Shown piece by piece: positions 59,865 to 64,000 of a DNA stretch of 64,000 nucleotides (positions are counted from its first letter, which is position 1; each line of letters starts with the position of its first letter). The notes beneath the pieces were generated by a model that saw only the letters and a list, made by a program, of their open reading frames with translations, was not told the DNA's origin and did not search any database. Source of the DNA: Bacilli bacterium (GTDB taxonomy: Bacteria; Bacillota_I; Bacilli_A; RFN20; CAG-826); the NCBI GenBank assembly GCA_017468925.1, contig JAFUHI010000009.1:274162-338161 (forward strand). Direction: 5' to 3'. The position numbers and the translations under genes were made by a program.

Positions 59865-60094
59865 AAATTAAACACAATTTCATATATAGGTTTTTAGTTT
59901 TATTACTAGCATACACAATTTTCGCTGTGGCGGTTGATCTTTCCCTGGTCCAAGGCTTCAAAGACAACCCTGTGGCAGTCTGGATAATGGTAGGCGTCAC
60001 AATAGGCTTATTTGTTGTGATTGAAGTGGCAAACGAAATCATAATCCATATCCGAAAGAAGAAGGGGGAAGCGAAAGATAATGAAGGCGATTGA
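59861..60094 (+). CDS. Small two-TM membrane protein
   Basis: 77 aa hydrophobic ORF. It overlaps the upstream stop and the downstream start, so it appears translationally coupled on both sides. Confidence 0.3.
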   Translation: MKIKHNFIYRFLVLLLAYTIFAVAVDLSLVQGFKDNPVAVWIMVGVTIGLFVVIEVANEIIIHIRKKKGEAKDNEGD

Positions 60095-60899
60095 AGCGTC
60101 CTCTCTAACTTTCTCTTATGATGAAGAAATGGAGGCCTTGCACGGTCTCTCTTTTTCGCTAGACAAGGGCGAATATCTTGCGGTGATTGGACATAACGGT
60201 TCTGGCAAAAGCACCCTTGCCAAAATATTGGTTGGGCTGCTTATGGATTTCGACGGGGAGATAAAAATCTTTGATTTGCCGTTAAATAAGAAAAATCTTG
60301 GCAAAATCCGCAGCAAAGTCGCCATCGTTTTCCAAAATCAAGATAATCAATTCGTTGGTTCCACCGTTGCAGATGATATCGCTTTTGGATTAGAAAACAA
60401 AAACGTTCCGCACGATAAAATGCAATCCATAATCGATGAATACGCATTAAAGGTGGGAATGGATAAATACCTAGATAAGGCACCAGAGAATTTATCCGGG
60501 GGGCAGAAACAAAGAGTCGCTATTGCAGGCGTTTTGGCCATGCATCCAGACTTGTTTTTCTTAGATGAAGCGACATCTATGCTCGATCCAGTTGGCAAAA
60601 GAGAGATTTTGGAACTTGTCGGGAAGATGAGAAAAGAAAATCCAGACCTAACCGTTGTTTCAATCACGCATGATGTAGAAGAAGCTGCCTTAGCGGATAA
60701 AGTAATGGTGTTAGATAAAGGCAATATGGTCCTTTTTGGCTCGCCAAAGGAAGTTTTCGCCAATAAGGAAATACTCAAATCCGTAAATCTTGAGCAGCCA
60801 TATTTCATGAGGCTAATCGAAGCGTTAAAAGAAAACGGAATCTATGTGCCAGATAACATCAATAACATCTCTGAGCTGGAGGATTTCCTATGCCGATAG
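60081..60899 (+). CDS. ecfA1: ECF transporter ATPase subunit EcfA1
   Basis: 272 aa protein. Walker A GHNGSGKST, ABC signature LSGGQKQR and Walker B LFFLDEATS. The tandem ATPase pair followed by ecfT is the canonical ECF module. Confidence 0.85.
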   Translation: MKAIEASSLTFSYDEEMEALHGLSFSLDKGEYLAVIGHNGSGKSTLAKILVGLLMDFDGEIKIFDLPLNKKNLGKIRSKVAIVFQNQDNQFVGSTVADDIAFGLENKNVPHDKMQSIIDEYALKVGMDKYLDKAPENLSGGQKQRVAIAGVLAMHPDLFFLDEATSMLDPVGKREILELVGKMRKENPDLTVVSITHDVEEAALADKVMVLDKGNMVLFGSPKEVFANKEILKSVNLEQPYFMRLIEALKENGIYVPDNINNISELEDFLCR

Positions 60900-61744
60900 A
60901 TTTTAGGAACCTCGGTTACGTATATGATAAAAAGAGCCCTTTTTCTCATGAGGCGATTAGAGATATTTCTTTGCATCTCGATGAAGGGAAATTCATCGCG
61001 ATAGTTGGAAAAACAGGATGTGGCAAAAGCACGCTTATCCAGCAGTTAAACGCATTGCTCACTCCGACATCTGGAGAGGTTCAGATCAACGAATTCTGCA
61101 ATTCATCCGAAAAGAAAAAGAGAACGAAAAAATACAAAGAATTAAGAAAGCTCGTCGGTTTGGTGTTTCAATTCCCGGAATATCAATTATTTGATGATAC
61201 GGTTGAAAAGGACGTCTCGTTTGGACCAAAGAATTTCGGCTTGAAAAAAGAACAGGCAATAGAGGAAGCTCATAAGGCTCTAAATAAAGTCGGTTTGGAT
61301 GAATCATTCTATGACAGGTCGCCATTTGAATTATCTGGTGGTGAGAAAAGAAAAGTGGCTATTGCAGGGATTTTGGCTATTCATCCTTCATATTTGGTCG
61401 TGGATGAGCCTACGGCAGGATTAGATCCTAGAGCATCGAAAGACATGATGCAGATGTTCCAATCAATCAATAAAGAAGGAACAACAATCATCCTGGTTAC
61501 GCATGATATGAATCTTGTGCAGGAATTCGCCACGGACGTCATTGTGATGGATGAAGGCAGAGTTGCAGAGGTTACTACCCCAGTTGAATTATTCTCAAAG
61601 GACTTGGAGCATTATTCATTAGAAAAGCCATTGATTTTCAAAACCGCTTCAAAGCTAAATGCTTCAAAGAAATACAACATAGACGAGAGCAAATTAAGAA
61701 ACGTAGATGATTTGGCAAAAGCCATCGCGGAGGGCGGAAAATGA
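60890..61744 (+). CDS. ecfA2: ECF transporter ATPase subunit EcfA2
   Basis: 284 aa protein. Walker A GKTGCGKST, signature LSGGEKRK and Walker B LVVDEPTAGLD. Confidence 0.85.
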   Translation: MPIDFRNLGYVYDKKSPFSHEAIRDISLHLDEGKFIAIVGKTGCGKSTLIQQLNALLTPTSGEVQINEFCNSSEKKKRTKKYKELRKLVGLVFQFPEYQLFDDTVEKDVSFGPKNFGLKKEQAIEEAHKALNKVGLDESFYDRSPFELSGGEKRKVAIAGILAIHPSYLVVDEPTAGLDPRASKDMMQMFQSINKEGTTIILVTHDMNLVQEFATDVIVMDEGRVAEVTTPVELFSKDLEHYSLEKPLIFKTASKLNASKKYNIDESKLRNVDDLAKAIAEGGK

Positions 61745-62613
61745 AAAACCTCGCGATGGGCCGTTACGTGGCGTATGGCTCCTTTATCCACAAATTAGAT
61801 CCTCGAAACAAGATACTTTTAACGATTTTAGCAATCGTCTGCGTTTTCCTTCCGTTTAGTGGCTATGCCATGACTTTCACTATGGCGGGGATAATCCTTG
61901 CAATCACTATAATTGCTCTAGCGATTACCCATACATCTTTTCTTTCCTTTTTGAAGTCGTTATCCAGTCTGTGGTTCACTGCTTTGTTTTTATTGATCAT
62001 TTATGTCTTCATCCCAAAAATGGGCAGTGTTGATGTTTCCTCTTTGCACGAAGCATTCTCAATAAACGGATATGTCGTCTATTGGGAAAGTTTCATGGAT
62101 GCGGGAAAAATAATGCTTAGATTGATTAATATGATTGCGATCACCATGGTTTTGACCGCTTCGACAACACCACTTGAACTGACATATGCATTAGAATGGT
62201 ATATGTATCCTTTGAAAAAGATAGGTTTTCCTTCTTCTGAACTTGCCATGATTCTTTCCATCGCCCTACGTTTCATTCCTACGATTCTTGAAGATGTCCA
62301 AAGAATCATGAAAGCCCAGGCTTCTAGGGGTGTTGATTTTGAGCACGGAGGACTAATTACAAAAACCAAGGCCATTATTTCATTAATAATCCCTCTATTC
62401 GCCTCCAGCATCATGAGAAGCGAAGAACTCGCAGACGCGATGGAATGCCGTTGTTATGACCCAAAGGCTAAAAGAAGCAGATATAGAAAACTTAAATTCG
62501 GTTGGGGAGACTTATTATCATTCTTGATTATTGGGGTTGTCACATCCGGTTTCCTTTATTGCTGCATAACTAATTTCAATGTTTATGCGTTTTTCGGAGT
62601 CGTTGTGATATGA
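61741..62613 (+). CDS. ecfT: ECF transporter transmembrane subunit EcfT
   Basis: 290 aa polytopic protein. Conserved ARG motifs of CbiQ/EcfT (AMILSIALRFIPTI; MKAQASRG). Confidence 0.8.
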   Translation: MKNLAMGRYVAYGSFIHKLDPRNKILLTILAIVCVFLPFSGYAMTFTMAGIILAITIIALAITHTSFLSFLKSLSSLWFTALFLLIIYVFIPKMGSVDVSSLHEAFSINGYVVYWESFMDAGKIMLRLINMIAITMVLTASTTPLELTYALEWYMYPLKKIGFPSSELAMILSIALRFIPTILEDVQRIMKAQASRGVDFEHGGLITKTKAIISLIIPLFASSIMRSEELADAMECRCYDPKAKRSRYRKLKFGWGDLLSFLIIGVVTSGFLYCCITNFNVYAFFGVVVI

Positions 62614-63350
62614 GATATTTAGGGACTGTTGCATATTTAGGAACCGCATATCACGGATTCGAAAGACAAAAAGGTTTTAGAACCATCCAAGGAGAATTGG
62701 ATAGGGCGGCTTCGATTGTTTTAAATAAAGAAACAAAGGTGCATGGTGCCGGAAGGACTGATGCGGGGGTGCATGCAAAAGGACAGCGATTTGCCTTCGA
62801 TTCTGGAAGGATTTTGGATCTTTCCAAGACAATAAACGGGATTAATAAAGCTTTGGAAAAAGATATTAGAGTCACCAACTTAATCCAGGTTAACGATGAT
62901 TTTGATGTCAGAAGGGATGCGGTGGCAAAAAGGTATTCATACACATTCCACGTAGGCACAAGCAACCCGCTTGAACTACCTCTAGTTAGCCAAATTGAAT
63001 GCAAATCATTCGACATGGATAAATTCATTTTGTGCATCGAAAAATTCAAAGGAAAACATAACTTCAACGCTTTCACTTCTAAAGAAAGCGATCCTTTTGA
63101 TTATGTAAGAACGATATACGATATCAAAGTGGAAAAAGGCAACAATACCAAAGTTGTTTTTGTCGGTGATGGCTTTATGCGTTATCAGGTTAGATTCATG
63201 ATCGGTGCTTCTTTCAAAGTTGCACAAGGAAGCTTATCCCTAGGAGAAGTTGATGCGTTATTAGATGGAGGTAAAAGGCCAAAGACGTTGTTCGCGGCTC
63301 CCCCAAATGGATTAGTGTTGGAGGAGGTCTATTATGAAAAGATTTATTGA
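62610..63350 (+). CDS. truA: tRNA pseudouridine(38-40) synthase
   Basis: 246 aa protein. N-terminus (MRYLGTVAYLGTAYHGFERQ) and catalytic Asp context (GAGRTDAGVHA) are typical of TruA. The ecfAAT-truA order is conserved in Firmicutes. Confidence 0.9.
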   Translation: MRYLGTVAYLGTAYHGFERQKGFRTIQGELDRAASIVLNKETKVHGAGRTDAGVHAKGQRFAFDSGRILDLSKTINGINKALEKDIRVTNLIQVNDDFDVRRDAVAKRYSYTFHVGTSNPLELPLVSQIECKSFDMDKFILCIEKFKGKHNFNAFTSKESDPFDYVRTIYDIKVEKGNNTKVVFVGDGFMRYQVRFMIGASFKVAQGSLSLGEVDALLDGGKRPKTLFAAPPNGLVLEEVYYEKIY

Positions 63351-64000
63351 CGCTAATTATCATAGTCACACCTATCGTTGCGGTCATGCGCAAGGAAGCG
63401 ATGAAGAATACGTTGTTGCCGCCATAGAAAATGGATTTAAAATCCTTGGAGTCACAGACCATATTTTCTTGCCAAACATTTCTCAACCAGGCATGAGAGG
63501 GGATTTCAGTGAACTGAAAGGCTATGTCGTTTCGCTTGAGAAATTAAGAGAAAAATACAAAGACAAAATAGAATTACATATTGGTTTTGAAGCCGAATGG
63601 TATGGGGAAAGATACAAAGACTATTATGAATGGCTTTTGAAAACTGGAGTGGTGGAATATCTGATATTAGGCAACCACATGACAATCATCAATAAAAGCG
63701 AAGACGATGATACGCCTGTCGCTTTGAATTATGGGGCGATGAAAGACGAGAAATTGGCCACAAAGATGTATGTTGACTCTTTGATAGAAGGAATGGAATC
63801 AGGATTATTTACCTATGTAGCTCATCCAGATTTCTTCCATTATTGGTATAGAGAATGGGATGAATATATCGAAAAAGAATCCAAAAGAATAATCGATGCA
63901 GCGATTAGGCTTGATATCCCCCTAGAAATCAATATGGGACCATCAAGATTTTTGAAAAATGGAATCAAAGAGGATGAACTAGTATATCCCTGGAATAAAT
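63334..64000 (+). CDS. PHP-family phosphoesterase (histidinol-phosphatase HisK-like), 5' partial, continues beyond window
   Basis: ATG at 63334 preceded by GGAGGAGG. Translation MKRFIDANYHSHTYRCGHAQGS...GVTDHIF...HIGFEAEW shows the PHP-domain His clusters. No stop before the window end. Confidence 0.6.
   Translation, partial: MKRFIDANYHSHTYRCGHAQGSDEEYVVAAIENGFKILGVTDHIFLPNISQPGMRGDFSELKGYVVSLEKLREKYKDKIELHIGFEAEWYGERYKDYYEWLLKTGVVEYLILGNHMTIINKSEDDDTPVALNYGAMKDEKLATKMYVDSLIEGMESGLFTYVAHPDFFHYWYREWDEYIEKESKRIIDAAIRLDIPLEINMGPSRFLKNGIKEDELVYPWNK

Overview
This 64 kb window comes from a low-GC (about 35-38 % outside one island) anaerobic Bacillota/Mollicutes-like chromosome that uses the standard genetic code: TGA is a stop at the pcrA/ligA junction (4139-4141). 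The left part is a housekeeping backbone (pcrA, ligA, gatCAB, a lipid acyltransferase, galE, cyclophilin). It leads into rhamnulokinase and L-rhamnose isomerase genes. Directly downstream lies a complete glycyl-radical-enzyme bacterial microcompartment (BMC) operon at 17.5-31.9 kb: GRE plus activase, seven shell genes, EutP-like GTPase, class II aldolase, Zn-dependent alcohol dehydrogenase, PduS, DeoR regulator, propionate kinase, PduP and PduL. Its content fits a fucose/rhamnose to 1,2-propanediol to propionate compartment of the GRM5 kind. It differs in having a zinc-type (MDR) alcohol dehydrogenase and an aldolase that each carry encapsulation peptides, a recently duplicated PduA-like gene pair, divergent BMC-H proteins, and clearly higher GC than its surroundings. 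Downstream is a surface-polysaccharide locus at 33.3-48.0 kb, which encodes the FnlABC/Cap5EFG pathway to UDP-L-FucNAc, glycosyltransferases, a Wzx-like flippase and two large polytopic membrane proteins. After it, in an AT-rich pocket at 48.3-50.2 kb, sits a two-gene cassette made of a nucleotide-cyclase-like protein and a protein with four C-terminal transmembrane helices. This cassette is the most plausible candidate here for an undescribed signalling or defence module. The right end holds housekeeping genes (gpmA, smpB, folC, ECF transporter ecfA1A2T, truA), a desulfoferrodoxin-patatin pair, a hemolysin-III protein and an M6-like metalloprotease lipoprotein. No rRNA, CRISPR array or obvious IS or transposase was found. 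No tRNA was recognised by eye, but no covariance search could be run.
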